DNA of 64,000 nt from an uncultured Chloroflexia bacterium (GCA_963728745.1 CAVSKY010000006.1:673030-737029), one strand, 5' to 3'. Counted from the first letter of the stretch, positions 18,368 to 28,263 are shown. The notes: generated by a model from the sequence alone, not told the origin. Program-made: numbers and translations.

Positions 18368-19585
18368 ATGCGACAATCGCGCCCGATGACGACTCGGCGC
18401 GGTACGCGCCCCAGCCATGTCAGGCCCCGTCCCCCGTCCGGCGGGCGCCCCACCCCCGTCAAGGTCAGGCCGCGAGCCCCTGCGCCGGGGCGCCTGTCCG
18501 TCCACGCCCCTGTCCGCCGGAGTCGGGGCATCCCGCTCGTCGGCCGGCTCGTGCTCGCCGCCGGCGTCCTGGCCGTCGCCGTCCTCGTGCTGTACATCGG
18601 GGCGGGCGGCCTGAGCGTGGTCGCAGGCGCGCTCGGGAGCACGCTGACGAACTTCGTCCAGGGGGTGACCGCGACACCAGTACCGTCGGAGCTGGCACCG
18701 ACCGCGCCCGAGGCGCCGACGATCGAATCGCCCGCCGAGCCCTATACGAACGAGAGCGAGGTCGACCTCGCGATCACGGTCCCGTCCCGGCTCGCGGGCG
18801 ATCCCGACTACGTGGTGAAGGTATATCTCGCCCTGAAGGACCAGGCGCCGACTGCGATCGACGAGCGGCCGCTCGCCCCGACGCCGCGGATGATCATCCC
18901 GGTGACACTGACCAAGGGGATCAACGACTTCTCGGTGACCCTGGTGGGACCGGGCGGCGAGTCCGAATCCTCACCGCTCGCGCGCTGGGTGCTCGACACG
19001 AACCCGCCCGCCATCCGGCTCATCTCGCCCAAGGACGGCGCGTTGATCAACCGCAAGGCGGTCACGCTGGAAGGCCGGACCCAAGGGCGCTCCACGCTGC
19101 AGATACGGAACGTCAAGACGGGCGAATCGATCGGCGGCACGGCGGCCAGCGACGGGACCTTCCTGCTCACGCTGCCGCTGACCAGCGGTTCCAATCCGAT
19201 CAAGATCACCGCGACCGATCCGGCCGGCAACACCAAGGCGCTCGAGGTGACGGTGCGCCGCGGCTCCGGGCGTCTGCGCGCGTCGTTGAGCGCTTCCTTC
19301 TACTCGGTCAGCCAGAAGCGTCTTCCATTCGAGATCCGACTGATCGTGCTCGTGGACGACCCGGACGGGAAGCCCCTGGAAGGCGCACGCGTGACTTTCA
19401 CCCTCAGCGTTCCCGGCGTGAAGACGGTGACCGGCGACGCCGTGACCGATGCCAACGGCCAGGCGTCCTACACGACGCGGATCCCCAAGGGGACGGATCG
19501 GGGTGGCGGCACGGCCGGGGTGCTCGTACGCACGGCCGACTTTGGGCGCACGACCGACGAGATGGTCGTCAACATCACAAAGTAG
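18368..19585 (+). CDS. membrane-anchored protein with Ig-like extracellular domains
   Basis: Arg-rich cytoplasmic N-terminus and one TM (LVGRLVLAAGVLAVAVLVLYIGAGG). Beta-rich segments resemble bacterial Ig-like folds (NPIKITATDPAGNTKALEVTV; ARVTFTLSVPGVKTVTGDAVTDANGQASY). An alternative start is at 18386. Confidence 0.7.
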   Translation: MRQSRPMTTRRGTRPSHVRPRPPSGGRPTPVKVRPRAPAPGRLSVHAPVRRSRGIPLVGRLVLAAGVLAVAVLVLYIGAGGLSVVAGALGSTLTNFVQGVTATPVPSELAPTAPEAPTIESPAEPYTNESEVDLAITVPSRLAGDPDYVVKVYLALKDQAPTAIDERPLAPTPRMIIPVTLTKGINDFSVTLVGPGGESESSPLARWVLDTNPPAIRLISPKDGALINRKAVTLEGRTQGRSTLQIRNVKTGESIGGTAASDGTFLLTLPLTSGSNPIKITATDPAGNTKALEVTVRRGSGRLRASLSASFYSVSQKRLPFEIRLIVLVDDPDGKPLEGARVTFTLSVPGVKTVTGDAVTDANGQASYTTRIPKGTDRGGGTAGVLVRTADFGRTTDEMVVNITK

Positions 19586-19642
19586 ATAGCGGCAGTCGTC
19601 GACGGTCGACAGCGACGCGCGTCGCAGCTACCATCCGCATCG

Positions 19643-20071
19643 ATGCCGATGTGGCGATGTCCGCATTGCGGGACTCCCCAGGCCGAGACGGCGCGGTGCT
19701 GGGTCTGTCGGCGGTCCTCCACCTCCTGCGCCACCTGCCGGCACTACCGGCGCTCGGTCGCGGGGCAGCTCGGCTACTGCGGACTCGATGTTCGACGTCA
19801 GCCGCTCAACGGCGACGAGATCCGTGGCTGTTGGGAAGGCTGGCCGGCGGGGTCCCCGACGGGCGCCACTCCGCTGACGATCTCCCACGCGAAGGCCTCG
19901 GATGTCGACCGCCGGCCGCTCGCCTTCGTGGAGGTGACCCAGCCGACGGACGCGTCCGCGTCCCGCGACGAGGCGGACACGCCGGTCGCTGGCACCGTGC
20001 CGAATGGCAGCGGGGCGCTACCGCCCGGCAGTGAGCCGCGCTGGGATCTGTGGGGAGACGTCGAGCGCTGA
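19643..20071 (+). CDS. hypothetical multi-CxxC zinc-ribbon protein
   Basis: WRCPHCG...RCWVCR...SCATCR...YCG...GCW in the first 65 aa. Low-complexity acidic C-terminus. Confidence 0.55.
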   Translation: MPMWRCPHCGTPQAETARCWVCRRSSTSCATCRHYRRSVAGQLGYCGLDVRRQPLNGDEIRGCWEGWPAGSPTGATPLTISHAKASDVDRRPLAFVEVTQPTDASASRDEADTPVAGTVPNGSGALPPGSEPRWDLWGDVER

Positions 20072-20085
20072 CGCGGGACCGTTGA

Positions 20086-21861
20086 TCAGGTCGGGGCGGC
20101 GGTCGGCGGTGGCTCGGGCGTCGGCGTCGGCGGTGGCTCCGGCGTCGGCGTCGGTGGCGGCGTGGGCGTCGGTGTCGGGACCGGGGTGGGCGTCGGTGTC
20201 GGGACCGGGGTGGGCGTCGGGCTGGGGGTCGGCTCGGGTCCCAACGAGATGACGTAGTCGACCATCGTGCCCTTCGCGACGACGACGCCCGGCGCCGGCA
20301 CCTGGGTCACGACGAGACCGATCGGGACGACCGGATCGAACGCCTCGGTCTTGGCCCCTGGCAGGAGCCCGGCCGTCACGATCTCCTGTACGGCCAGCGC
20401 CTCGGTCTTGTTGCGGAGGTCCGGCATCGGCACCTGTTCGAGGCCTGACGCGACGGCCACGCGTACGGTCGACCCGACCGCGACGAGCGTGCCTGCCGGG
20501 AGGTCCTGGGCGGTGATCGTGCCGACCGGCTGCTCGGACGGTTGCTCGGTCACCTCGAGCTTGATACCGAGCGCGTCGGCTTCCTCTGTCGCGTCGGCGA
20601 GGAGCTTGCCGACCAGCTCGGGGACCGCCACCTGTTGGGGTGCGGTCGGCTGGCTGGGCCCGGACAGGAGCTGGAAGGTGATGAAGGCGACCGCGATCAG
20701 CAAGGCGATCGCCGCGAGGCCGGCGACCCAGACGAGCGGACTCGTGCCCTCCTGGACGTCCTCGTCGTCGATGCTGCTCCGACGCGCCGGGCGCTCCGCT
20801 GGCCGTCGTCTGGCGGGCGCGTCGTCGGCTCCCGTGTACGCGTCCTGTGGGTAGGACATCACCGTCGGGTTGGAGCGCGCGACCCCGGCGGATGCCGCCA
20901 CTCGTCCGGCGGCAGCCGCCCCGACGGCAGCGCCGGCCGCGCCGGCAGCCCCTGCCGCCGCCGCTCCGCCGCCGGTGCGGGACATCTCGAGCGCGTCGGC
21001 CATCGACGCTGCCGATGCGAATCGGTCGACCGGCAACGGGGCCAGCGCCTTCCGTGTGATGGCTGCGACGTCGGGCGGCACCGAGGGCCTGACCAGGGCC
21101 GGATCGGGTGTCGAGCCGCTGAGCCGGGCGAGCGCGACTCCGGCGGCGCTGTCCCCTTCCCACGGCCGCGTGCCGGTGAGCATCTCGTACAGGACGATGC
21201 CGAGCGCGTAGATATCGGATTCGTTGGTCGCCGTCTCGCCGCGGGCCTGCTCGGGGCTGAAGTAGTGGACCGATCCGAGCGTCGTGCCTGGCAGCGTCAT
21301 CTGCGCCTCGGCGACGGCCCGGGCGATGCCGAAGTCGACGACCTTCACGCGTCCATCGCGACCGATCAGCACGTTGCCGGGTTTGACGTCGCGATGGACG
21401 ATGCCGCGCGCGTGGGCGGCGGCCAGGGCGCGGGCCACGGCACCTGCGATGCGCGCCGCTTGCGATGGCGGCAACGAGCCGTTCCGTCGCAGGATCGTCG
21501 CCAGGTCCTCGCCGTCGACGAACTCCATCACGATGTACGGACCCGAGGGATCCTCGCCGTAGTCGAACACGCTGACGACGTTGGGATGGTTCAGCGAGGC
21601 GGCGTTCTGCGCCTCCTGGCGGAAGCGCGATGAGAAGTCGGGATCACGCAGGTATTCCGGACGCAGCAGCTTGACCGCAACATCGCGACCGAGTTGGGTG
21701 TCCACCGACCTGAAGATCGTCGCCATACCACCCTGGCCGAGCTCTTCCACGAGCCGGTACCGGCCACCCAGGATCGTCCCGATCTCCGCCAAACGTGCCC
21801 CTCGACATGGTTCGGCGCGCCGCCGACGTTCGCGACGCGCTCGGTCGGCATCGTACCCCAT
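20086..21861 (-). CDS. Ser/Thr protein kinase with extracellular PASTA-like repeats (PknB-like)
   Basis: Kinase motifs LGQGGMATIF, VAVKLL, HRDVKPGNVLI, DFGIA and SPEQ. One TM (LVWVAGLAAIALLIAVAFITF). Repeated ~65-aa extracellular modules and a Pro/Thr tail. The start may be TTG 21792 instead. Confidence 0.92.
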   Translation of the reverse strand: MGYDADRARRERRRRAEPCRGARLAEIGTILGGRYRLVEELGQGGMATIFRSVDTQLGRDVAVKLLRPEYLRDPDFSSRFRQEAQNAASLNHPNVVSVFDYGEDPSGPYIVMEFVDGEDLATILRRNGSLPPSQAARIAGAVARALAAAHARGIVHRDVKPGNVLIGRDGRVKVVDFGIARAVAEAQMTLPGTTLGSVHYFSPEQARGETATNESDIYALGIVLYEMLTGTRPWEGDSAAGVALARLSGSTPDPALVRPSVPPDVAAITRKALAPLPVDRFASAASMADALEMSRTGGGAAAAGAAGAAGAAVGAAAAGRVAASAGVARSNPTVMSYPQDAYTGADDAPARRRPAERPARRSSIDDEDVQEGTSPLVWVAGLAAIALLIAVAFITFQLLSGPSQPTAPQQVAVPELVGKLLADATEEADALGIKLEVTEQPSEQPVGTITAQDLPAGTLVAVGSTVRVAVASGLEQVPMPDLRNKTEALAVQEIVTAGLLPGAKTEAFDPVVPIGLVVTQVPAPGVVVAKGTMVDYVISLGPEPTPSPTPTPVPTPTPTPVPTPTPTPPPTPTPEPPPTPTPEPPPTAAPT

Positions 21862-21905
21862 GCCTCACCGATCGACCGTCCGTCGCCCGGGGGCGACGGA
21901 CGACG

Positions 21906-22443
21906 TCAGCCGCCCGTCAGCCGCCGCGCGATGAGGTTGATGAACTCCAACGAGCTGATCCCGTCGAACAGGCGGGCGCCGTGGATCGCCCATTCCTGGA
22001 CCTCCTTGACCACCGTCAGGATGACCAGCGAGAGGACATATCGAGGCGTCGACCAGCCGGCGATCCGTGCGGGCCCGGCCGCCGCGACGAGCAGGAACCA
22101 CAGCTCGAAGACGTTGGGGAACAGGAGCAGGAGCCCACGGTCGCCCGTCAGCTCGAACGCCACGAAGCCAACGAGCCGGAAGACGTAGAGCGCGACGGCG
22201 ATCCGGCGCGGCCAGCCTGCCCAGCGCAGCGCGACGATGAGGAACGGTCGCGAGGTAGACCTGGTCGAGCCACTTGTCGAGGGACTGGTAGTCGCCGACA
22301 CCGCCGAGGTCGAGGACGTCGCGCAGCAACAGGTCGGACAGATCGACGAGCACCGCCAGGATCCCGCCGGCCAGCGGCCAGCGCAGGACGGGCACTGAGC
22401 CTGCGATGCGGATCGCGGCGATGACCAGGATCTCGGCGGTCAC
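21906..22443 (-). pseudogene. hypothetical polytopic membrane protein, +1 frame disruption
   Basis: N-terminal part MTAEILVIAAIRIAGSVPVLRWPLAGGILAVLVDLSDLLLRDVLDLGGVGDYQSLDKWLDQVYLA continues sensibly only in the +1 frame (RPFLIVALRWAGWPRRIAVALYVFRLVGFVAFEL...). The junction is at about 22245-22260. Confidence 0.6.
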
Positions 22444-22455
22444 CGCGCGATCGGG

Positions 22456-23334
22456 TCAGAGCTGCAGGCCGGCGAGATAGCTCCGGAATTCACGGGCGAG
22501 CTCGGGGCGCTGGAGTGCCAGCTCGACGGACGCCTTGAGCCAGCCCATCGTGGTCCCGGCGTCGTAGCGCGTGCCCTCGAATTCGTAGGCCCAGACGCCC
22601 TGTTCTTCCATCATCGCCTGGATCGCATCGGTCAATTGGATCTCGCCCCCGGCGCCGCGCTGGGTCTGCTCGAGCTTGTCGAAGATCTTGGGCGTCAGGA
22701 CATAGCGACCGATGATGGCCAGGTTCGACGGCGCCTCCTCGGGCTTGGGCTTCTCGACGAGCCGCGTGACCTTGTGCAACCGACCGTGGTCCAGCGGGTT
22801 CTCGGAGCGCTCCGCGGCGATGATGCCGTAGCGGCTGGTCTCCTCGCGCGGGATCTCCATGACCGCCACGACCGAACCGTGCGTTTGCTGGTAGGCGTGG
22901 ATGAGCTGGCCGATGCACGGCCGGTCGCCGACGACGACGTCATCGGGCAGCAGCACGGCGAATGGCTCATGACCGATGAGATCCTTGGCCATCAGGACGG
23001 CGTGGCCGAGCCCCAGCTGCTCCTTCTGGCGGACGTACGCCACTTGAGCGAGATCGCTGATGTGCCGCACCTGGCGGAGCATCTCGATGTCGCCCTTCTC
23101 CTCGAGCAGATGCTCGAGCTCGTACGACAGGTCGAAGTGGTCCTCGATCGCGCGTTTCTGGCTCGAGGTGACGATGATGACTTGCTCGATCCCCGCGGCG
23201 ACGGCTTCTTCGACCGCGTATTGGATGATCGGCTTGTCGACCAGCGGCAGCATCTCCTTGGGCTGCGCCTTGGTGGCGGGGAGGAAGCGAGTCCCCCACC
23301 CGGCGGCAGGGAAGACGGCCTTTCGAACGCGCAT
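22456..23334 (-). CDS. galU: UTP--glucose-1-phosphate uridylyltransferase
   Basis: N-terminal signature AVFPAAGWGTRFLPATKAQPKEMLPLVDKP and VEKP motif (LVEKPKPEEAPSNLAIIGRYVL). Confidence 0.93.
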   Translation of the reverse strand: MRVRKAVFPAAGWGTRFLPATKAQPKEMLPLVDKPIIQYAVEEAVAAGIEQVIIVTSSQKRAIEDHFDLSYELEHLLEEKGDIEMLRQVRHISDLAQVAYVRQKEQLGLGHAVLMAKDLIGHEPFAVLLPDDVVVGDRPCIGQLIHAYQQTHGSVVAVMEIPREETSRYGIIAAERSENPLDHGRLHKVTRLVEKPKPEEAPSNLAIIGRYVLTPKIFDKLEQTQRGAGGEIQLTDAIQAMMEEQGVWAYEFEGTRYDAGTTMGWLKASVELALQRPELAREFRSYLAGLQL

Positions 23335-23388
23335 GAAACCTCAACGAGGGGCTTGGGGTGGGTCGGCCCAGTCTAGCACCGGGCCCCG

Positions 23389-24156
23389 TCAGGGCCGGTC
23401 GGCGAGCCCCTCGGCGAACCGTCGGACGGCCATGCTGAAGGCGGCCGGTCGGTCGAGATTGGCGAGATGCGTCGCGCCCGCGAGGCGCACGCGACGGACG
23501 TCACGGGCCTCGCGCGCGAAGCCGCCGGCCCCGAGCCGGAACAGCGGGTCGAGCTCGCCGTTGAGGAGCAGCACCGGCCCCGGGTAGGCGGCCAGCCGCG
23601 GACGGAAGCGCTCGCCGACGAGCGCCCGCAGCGCGCTGGAGCCGCCGAGCGAATAGAACCCGGCGGCGATGATCGGGTCGGCGATCGCGGGCGGGTAGCG
23701 GGTGCGGAAGAACCAGCGGTTGAGGCGGTCCATCCCGCGCGCTCCGAGCCGGTCGATCGCCCAGGCAAGAGCGAGGTAGGGCCCGGCCCGCAGCCCGACC
23801 GGCTCCTGCGTCGCGCCGGACAACACGAGCCCGCGCACCGACTGCGGTCGCTGGGCGCCCAGATCCATCGCGACATATCCGCCGAGCGACAGTCCCACGA
23901 CGATCGCCCGACCGTCCGCAGCCCGCTCGATGACGCGACCCAGCTCGGAAGTCGCTGCCGCCATGGTGAACGGCTGATCAGCCAACACGCCGTGCCCGGG
24001 CAGGTCCATCGTGACCACGCGGTAGGTGTCGCGGAGTGCCTCGACCTGCGCGGTCCAGGCCGATCGCGTCAGCCGTGTGCCGTGCACGAAGACGATGGCC
24101 GGGGCGTCGGAAGGACCGGCCACGTCGAAGCTGCTGCGCGCCCGGCCGGCGGTCAT
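23389..24156 (-). CDS. alpha/beta hydrolase
   Basis: HG oxyanion motif IVFVHG and nucleophile elbow GLSLGG. The C-terminal His region is GATHLANLD. The ATG overlaps the upstream stop (ATGA). Confidence 0.85.
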   Translation of the reverse strand: MTAGRARSSFDVAGPSDAPAIVFVHGTRLTRSAWTAQVEALRDTYRVVTMDLPGHGVLADQPFTMAAATSELGRVIERAADGRAIVVGLSLGGYVAMDLGAQRPQSVRGLVLSGATQEPVGLRAGPYLALAWAIDRLGARGMDRLNRWFFRTRYPPAIADPIIAAGFYSLGGSSALRALVGERFRPRLAAYPGPVLLLNGELDPLFRLGAGGFAREARDVRRVRLAGATHLANLDRPAAFSMAVRRFAEGLADRP

Positions 24157-24824
24157 GCCTCCCGGTCCAGGCCGCGCTGGACGGCCAGCAGCGCCGCCTG
24201 GGTCCGGCTGGCCAAGCCGAGCTTCGCCAGGATGTTCGACACGTGGGTGCGCGCGGTCCGCTCGGTGATCCCAAGGTCCTGGGCGATCTGCCGGTTCGGG
24301 AGACCGCGTGCCACCCGCGCCAGGACGTCTCGCTCGCGTGCCGTCAACGATGCGATGCCCTCGCCGCCGTCGCCACCATCGACGCCGCCTCCACCGTCCC
24401 GCAACCGCCGCGCCACGATGCCGGCGATGGCCGGATCGAGGTGGACCTCCCCGGCCGCTGCCGAGCGGATCGCTGCCGCAAGCTCATCGGCCTCCGCATC
24501 CTTGAGGAGGAAGCCCGACGCGCCGGCCTCGATCGCGGCCACGACCCGCGCTTCCTCGATGAAGCTGGTGAGGGCGATGACCTCGATGTCCGGGGCCTCG
24601 GCCTTGATCCGCGCGGTCGCCTCGATGCCGTCGATGCCGGGCATCATCAGGTCCATGACCACGATGTGCGGCCGCAGCGCGAGTGCTTGCTCGATCGCCC
24701 CAGCGCCGTCGCTCGCCTCGCCCACGATCTCGATGTCCCCGTGCAACCCCAGGAAGTCGCGCATCCCGCGGCGGACCATGGCGTGATCGTCGACGAGCAG
24801 GACGCGGATGGGCGGATCGGGCAT
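24153..24824 (-). CDS. NarL/LuxR-family response regulator
   Basis: Receiver IRVLLVDDH...VVMDLMMPGIDG. C-terminal LuxR HTH LTARERDVLARVARGLPNRQIAQDLGITERTARTHVSNILAKLG. No kinase gene is adjacent. Confidence 0.9.
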   Translation of the reverse strand: MPDPPIRVLLVDDHAMVRRGMRDFLGLHGDIEIVGEASDGAGAIEQALALRPHIVVMDLMMPGIDGIEATARIKAEAPDIEVIALTSFIEEARVVAAIEAGASGFLLKDAEADELAAAIRSAAAGEVHLDPAIAGIVARRLRDGGGGVDGGDGGEGIASLTARERDVLARVARGLPNRQIAQDLGITERTARTHVSNILAKLGLASRTQAALLAVQRGLDREA

Positions 24825-24845
24825 CGTCGGACGCGCCGGTGGCAG

Positions 24846-25862
24846 CTAGGGCCCGCCCGGGACGATGACCGGTGCCGTGCTGTCGTCGCCCGCGGTGACG
24901 AGCGCAGTCGGCCGCGTCGACCGCTGGAGCAGCAGGGCCGCTCCGAGGATGGCGATCGCGCCGAGCACCTGGACCCACTCGAGGCCCTCGGACAGCAGCC
25001 ACGCCGCCAGCGCGACCCCGACCACCGGCTCGAACAGCATCAGGATCCCTGCTCGTGTCCCGCCGATGAGCCGAATGCCGGTCAGGAACCCGAGCGATGG
25101 GATGGCGGCCGCGGCGATCCCGGTGAACGCCAGGATCGGGAGGACACCCGGGCTCGTCAGCGGCTGGGCGAGCGAGGCGACACCTCCGGCCAACAGCGCC
25201 ACGACGAGCGCCCCGATCCCTGACACCAGGAGGACCGTGGTCATCGCCTGTTCCGTCGGCACCTCGGGGTAGCCGTCCCGGGCCAGGATCACGAAGATCG
25301 TCTGGCTGACCGCGGCACCGAGCGCCAGTCCCACGCCGATGGCATCGAGGCGGACGCCGGCTCCCGCTTCGAGCTCCCCGGCGACGACTGCGACCATCCC
25401 GACGATCGCGAGCGCGAGCGCCGCGATGCGCGTGCCGTCGAGGCGCTCGCGCCCGAGTCCGACGTTGGCGAACGCCACGAGCGCCGGGTATGTGTAGAAC
25501 CCGAGGAGCGCCAGGGCGATCGTGATCCGATCGAATGCGATGAACATGCACAGGTTGAGGACGGTCCCGGCAAGCGCCGCCGCGACCATGGCCAGCCGAG
25601 CGCGGGTGGGCAGGTCGCCGAGCCGGATCAGGCGCGTGGCGCCACGCCGCACCCGCCAGCCGACAAAGGCGGCGAGGGCGAGGAAACCGATCATCGCCCT
25701 CCAGGCGACGAAGGCCGGCGGCTCCATCCCCGCCTCGTAGGCGAACCGCGAGAGCGGGCCGAGCATGCCGAACAGCGTCGCCGAGCCGATCACGATCAGG
25801 AAGCCGCGCAAGGGCACGGCCGCGTCGATCCCGCCGCCCGCCGACGGTCCGGGCGCGGTCAT
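24846..25862 (-). CDS. EamA/DMT-family transporter
   Basis: About ten hydrophobic helices in a duplicated 5+5 arrangement. The start is uncertain: ATG 25862, or TTG 25922, which abuts the upstream stop. Confidence 0.8.
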   Translation of the reverse strand: MTAPGPSAGGGIDAAVPLRGFLIVIGSATLFGMLGPLSRFAYEAGMEPPAFVAWRAMIGFLALAAFVGWRVRRGATRLIRLGDLPTRARLAMVAAALAGTVLNLCMFIAFDRITIALALLGFYTYPALVAFANVGLGRERLDGTRIAALALAIVGMVAVVAGELEAGAGVRLDAIGVGLALGAAVSQTIFVILARDGYPEVPTEQAMTTVLLVSGIGALVVALLAGGVASLAQPLTSPGVLPILAFTGIAAAAIPSLGFLTGIRLIGGTRAGILMLFEPVVGVALAAWLLSEGLEWVQVLGAIAILGAALLLQRSTRPTALVTAGDDSTAPVIVPGGP

Positions 25863-25923
25863 ATTCGGGCTGGACACCCGCGCATGGTAGAGCCCGGGAC
25901 TCGCGTTCGCCGGGGCGGCCAAT

Positions 25924-27000
25924 TCAACCCGCGCCGGCTCCTTCCGCGGAGCGGTCAGGCGTCGTCGATTCGCGCCGCGCCGGCATCAGGCGGATCGACG
26001 TGAACGGGACCCGGATCTCGCGGAAGACCTCGATCGAGACGAGGAAGCCGGCAAAGAGGAACAGGACCCCGAGGAACTTCCCGAGCTGGAACAGGTCCGT
26101 CGAGCCAAAGCGGTTCAGCGAGTCGGTAAGCGTCGGGATGAACGCTCCGATGGCGATGAGGATCGTCGCCGGCACGCGGCTGTGGATGCGGCCGGCGCCG
26201 ATGGCCCGGATCGTGCCCGGCACCGACGCGAGGAAGTTCACGAGGATCGCGACCGGCGCGATGAGCAGGTTGAACAGGAACTGGTCGCCGGGCTGGCGCG
26301 GGTCGAGCGAGTACGGCAGCACGCGACGCTTGGGCATGAACACGTACGTGCTGAACACCGCCCCGAGGATCAACGCGAAGGCGCCGGTCACGTTCAGGAA
26401 CGGCGTCAGCAACCTGAGCTGCGGCGGCAAGAGCGTCGCGACCGGCATGCCGGTGGCAGCATCGACGGCGTACCCCGGCGGCGCGATCGTCGTGGTCGCC
26501 ATGAGGACCAGGCTCAGGATCGTCGCCCCGACCACCGCCCCGGCGGCCAGGGACGGCCAACGCTCGTTCTGGAAGTACGTCTCGACGGCGACCGCGAGTG
26601 CCAGCACACCGGCGGCGATGAAATACAGCAACGGGAGCGCACCTGCGCCGTCGTACTCGGGGCGGTTACGGACCAGGAACGTGAACAGCCCGGCCAGGAA
26701 CAGGCACAGCGCGACGCTGTAGCCGAAGCGCGTCCGTCCCAGCAGGAACGCCGTCCCGAGACCGAGCCAGCCGGCGGTCCAGACGGCGCCTGTCAGGTAC
26801 CAGGTCCGATACAGCGCCTCGTTCCAGCCGCCGAAGCCAGCGAGCGCCTCACACCCCGCGGCGACTCCGAAGAACAGCATGCCGATCGCCCAGATCAGCT
26901 GGAACCCGCCACGCCGCTCGCGCCACTGATCGAACAGCGCGACGCTGAAGACGAGGGCAAGGATCGCGGTCAGTGCCGGCAGCATGATCTCGAGGCGCAT
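25924..27000 (-). CDS. hypothetical polytopic integral membrane protein
   Basis: 358 aa with about 10 predicted hydrophobic helices and no family recognised. ATG 27000 lies 2 nt after the upstream stop. Confidence 0.7.
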   Translation of the reverse strand: MRLEIMLPALTAILALVFSVALFDQWRERRGGFQLIWAIGMLFFGVAAGCEALAGFGGWNEALYRTWYLTGAVWTAGWLGLGTAFLLGRTRFGYSVALCLFLAGLFTFLVRNRPEYDGAGALPLLYFIAAGVLALAVAVETYFQNERWPSLAAGAVVGATILSLVLMATTTIAPPGYAVDAATGMPVATLLPPQLRLLTPFLNVTGAFALILGAVFSTYVFMPKRRVLPYSLDPRQPGDQFLFNLLIAPVAILVNFLASVPGTIRAIGAGRIHSRVPATILIAIGAFIPTLTDSLNRFGSTDLFQLGKFLGVLFLFAGFLVSIEVFREIRVPFTSIRLMPARRESTTPDRSAEGAGAG

Positions 27001-27002
27001 CG

Positions 27003-27677
27003 TCAGCCGCCGAGACGCTGATGAGTCTCGATGAAGCGCAGCAGCAATCGATCCAGCAGGGCGGAGGCGTCACCGTACAGGCCGGCCAGCCGAGTCGGAT
27101 CCAGCGACCGGCGTCGGGCGATCCGAGCGAGTTCCGCGAAGAAGGGCTGGCGCGCGAGGACGAAACGGGAGACCGCCTCGGTCAGGCTGGTGCCGCTGCG
27201 CGCGAGCCGTGCCGCCTGATCGTCGACGACCGCACAGGCCTCGGCCTCAAGCCGAGCACGCGTCCGCGTGTCACTCGGTCTGGCGTCGAGGAAGGCGATC
27301 AACCCGGCGATCAGCTGGCGCCCATCGCGTCGATACGCGTCGCGGTCAGCGTCGACGGCCGCGACTCCGGCGGCGGTCTGCTGCGGGCGCCGCGACGGGT
27401 CGGCCGCGTAGTGCCGGCGGTAGACCTCCGTCAGTCGGGCGGGCGACGCCCCCATCGTTGACAAGGGCCGGATCGCGCGCCCGCCGCGGTCGGCGGCCAG
27501 CTGCTCGAGGGCCGCGCGGTCGAAGCGTCGATGGCCGCCCGGCGTCGTCCAAGCGGCGACCCGGCCGTCATCCGCCCAGCGACGGAGCGTGTCCGGGTCC
27601 ACCCCGAGGAGCTGGCTCGCCGGACCGAGTGACAGCCAGCGGCCGGAGCGGATCGAGGAAGTGTCGGGGTATGCCAT
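27003..27677 (-). CDS. MerR/excisionase-type HTH transcriptional regulator
   Basis: N-terminal HTH LSLGPASQLLGVDPDTLRRWADDGRVAAWTTPGGHRRF, with a helical C-terminal domain. First gene of a tightly packed minus-strand string (27677 down to 23389). Confidence 0.75.
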   Translation of the reverse strand: MAYPDTSSIRSGRWLSLGPASQLLGVDPDTLRRWADDGRVAAWTTPGGHRRFDRAALEQLAADRGGRAIRPLSTMGASPARLTEVYRRHYAADPSRRPQQTAAGVAAVDADRDAYRRDGRQLIAGLIAFLDARPSDTRTRARLEAEACAVVDDQAARLARSGTSLTEAVSRFVLARQPFFAELARIARRRSLDPTRLAGLYGDASALLDRLLLRFIETHQRLGG

Positions 27678-27783
27678 CGGGGTCTCGCAAAGGTCGTGAA
27701 CGTGCCGTATGGGGCGGGCGCCGACGGGTCACGGCCGTGGGGGGAGACGGCCGGGGCGACCCGTCGGCACGGAAACCTGGGTA

Positions 27784-27800
27784 AATCTGGGTACCAGATT
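27784..27800. promoter_or_regulatory. AT-rich perfect inverted repeat upstream of the HTH regulator (candidate operator or weak hairpin)
   Basis: AATCTGG-GTA-CCAGATT, inside the only AT-rich patch of this intergenic region, 107-123 nt upstream of the regulator start. Confidence 0.3.
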
Positions 27801-27858
27801 CCGCCCGGGCGAGCGAAGGATAGGCCTCCGCTGAACGGGGCGTCAACCGAACGCGCGA

Positions 27859-28227
27859 TCAGGCCGGAACGAACTCGTGATCGTCGCGGTGGATGCCGTC
27901 ACAGAGGCCCCAGCGACCGGCGTCGGGAGCCTCATCGGGATCGGGGATCGGGATCGGCCGCATGATCTCGCGGACCTCGCCCTTGCGGCAGAACAGGTAC
28001 CCACGATCGGCCATCCAGCGGCGGACGCACACGGCCTCACCGTGGAACTGGAACGGGCCTGGGTTGATCACCGGGCGTGTGGCCCAACTGACCGGCGTCT
28101 CGGCCGCGACGATGTCAAGGATGTTGACGCGCCACGGCGTCCCCTCGATCACCTGGCCACACCCAGCGCAGCGCTTGGCGATGTTGTCGCTGATGATCGT
28201 CCGGATCTGGATGCCCATGATCTCCAT
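27859..28227 (-). CDS. hypothetical protein
   Basis: 122-aa ORF with coding-like composition, a CxxC motif (KRCAGCG) and further Cys residues. No family recognised. Confidence 0.5.
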   Translation of the reverse strand: MEIMGIQIRTIISDNIAKRCAGCGQVIEGTPWRVNILDIVAAETPVSWATRPVINPGPFQFHGEAVCVRRWMADRGYLFCRKGEVREIMRPIPIPDPDEAPDAGRWGLCDGIHRDDHEFVPA

Positions 28228-28263
28228 CGCCGAGCGATGGTAGCAGCGGCAAGCAGTCGGCCG

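Noticed and set aside
24153-24824. The NarL-type response regulator, considered as part of a hidden two-component pair or novel signalling system with the adjacent hydrolase.
   Set aside because: There is no kinase-like ORF in any frame nearby. Orphan NarL regulators are common. Only the ATGA coupling to the hydrolase is notable, and that is too weak to support a system-level claim.
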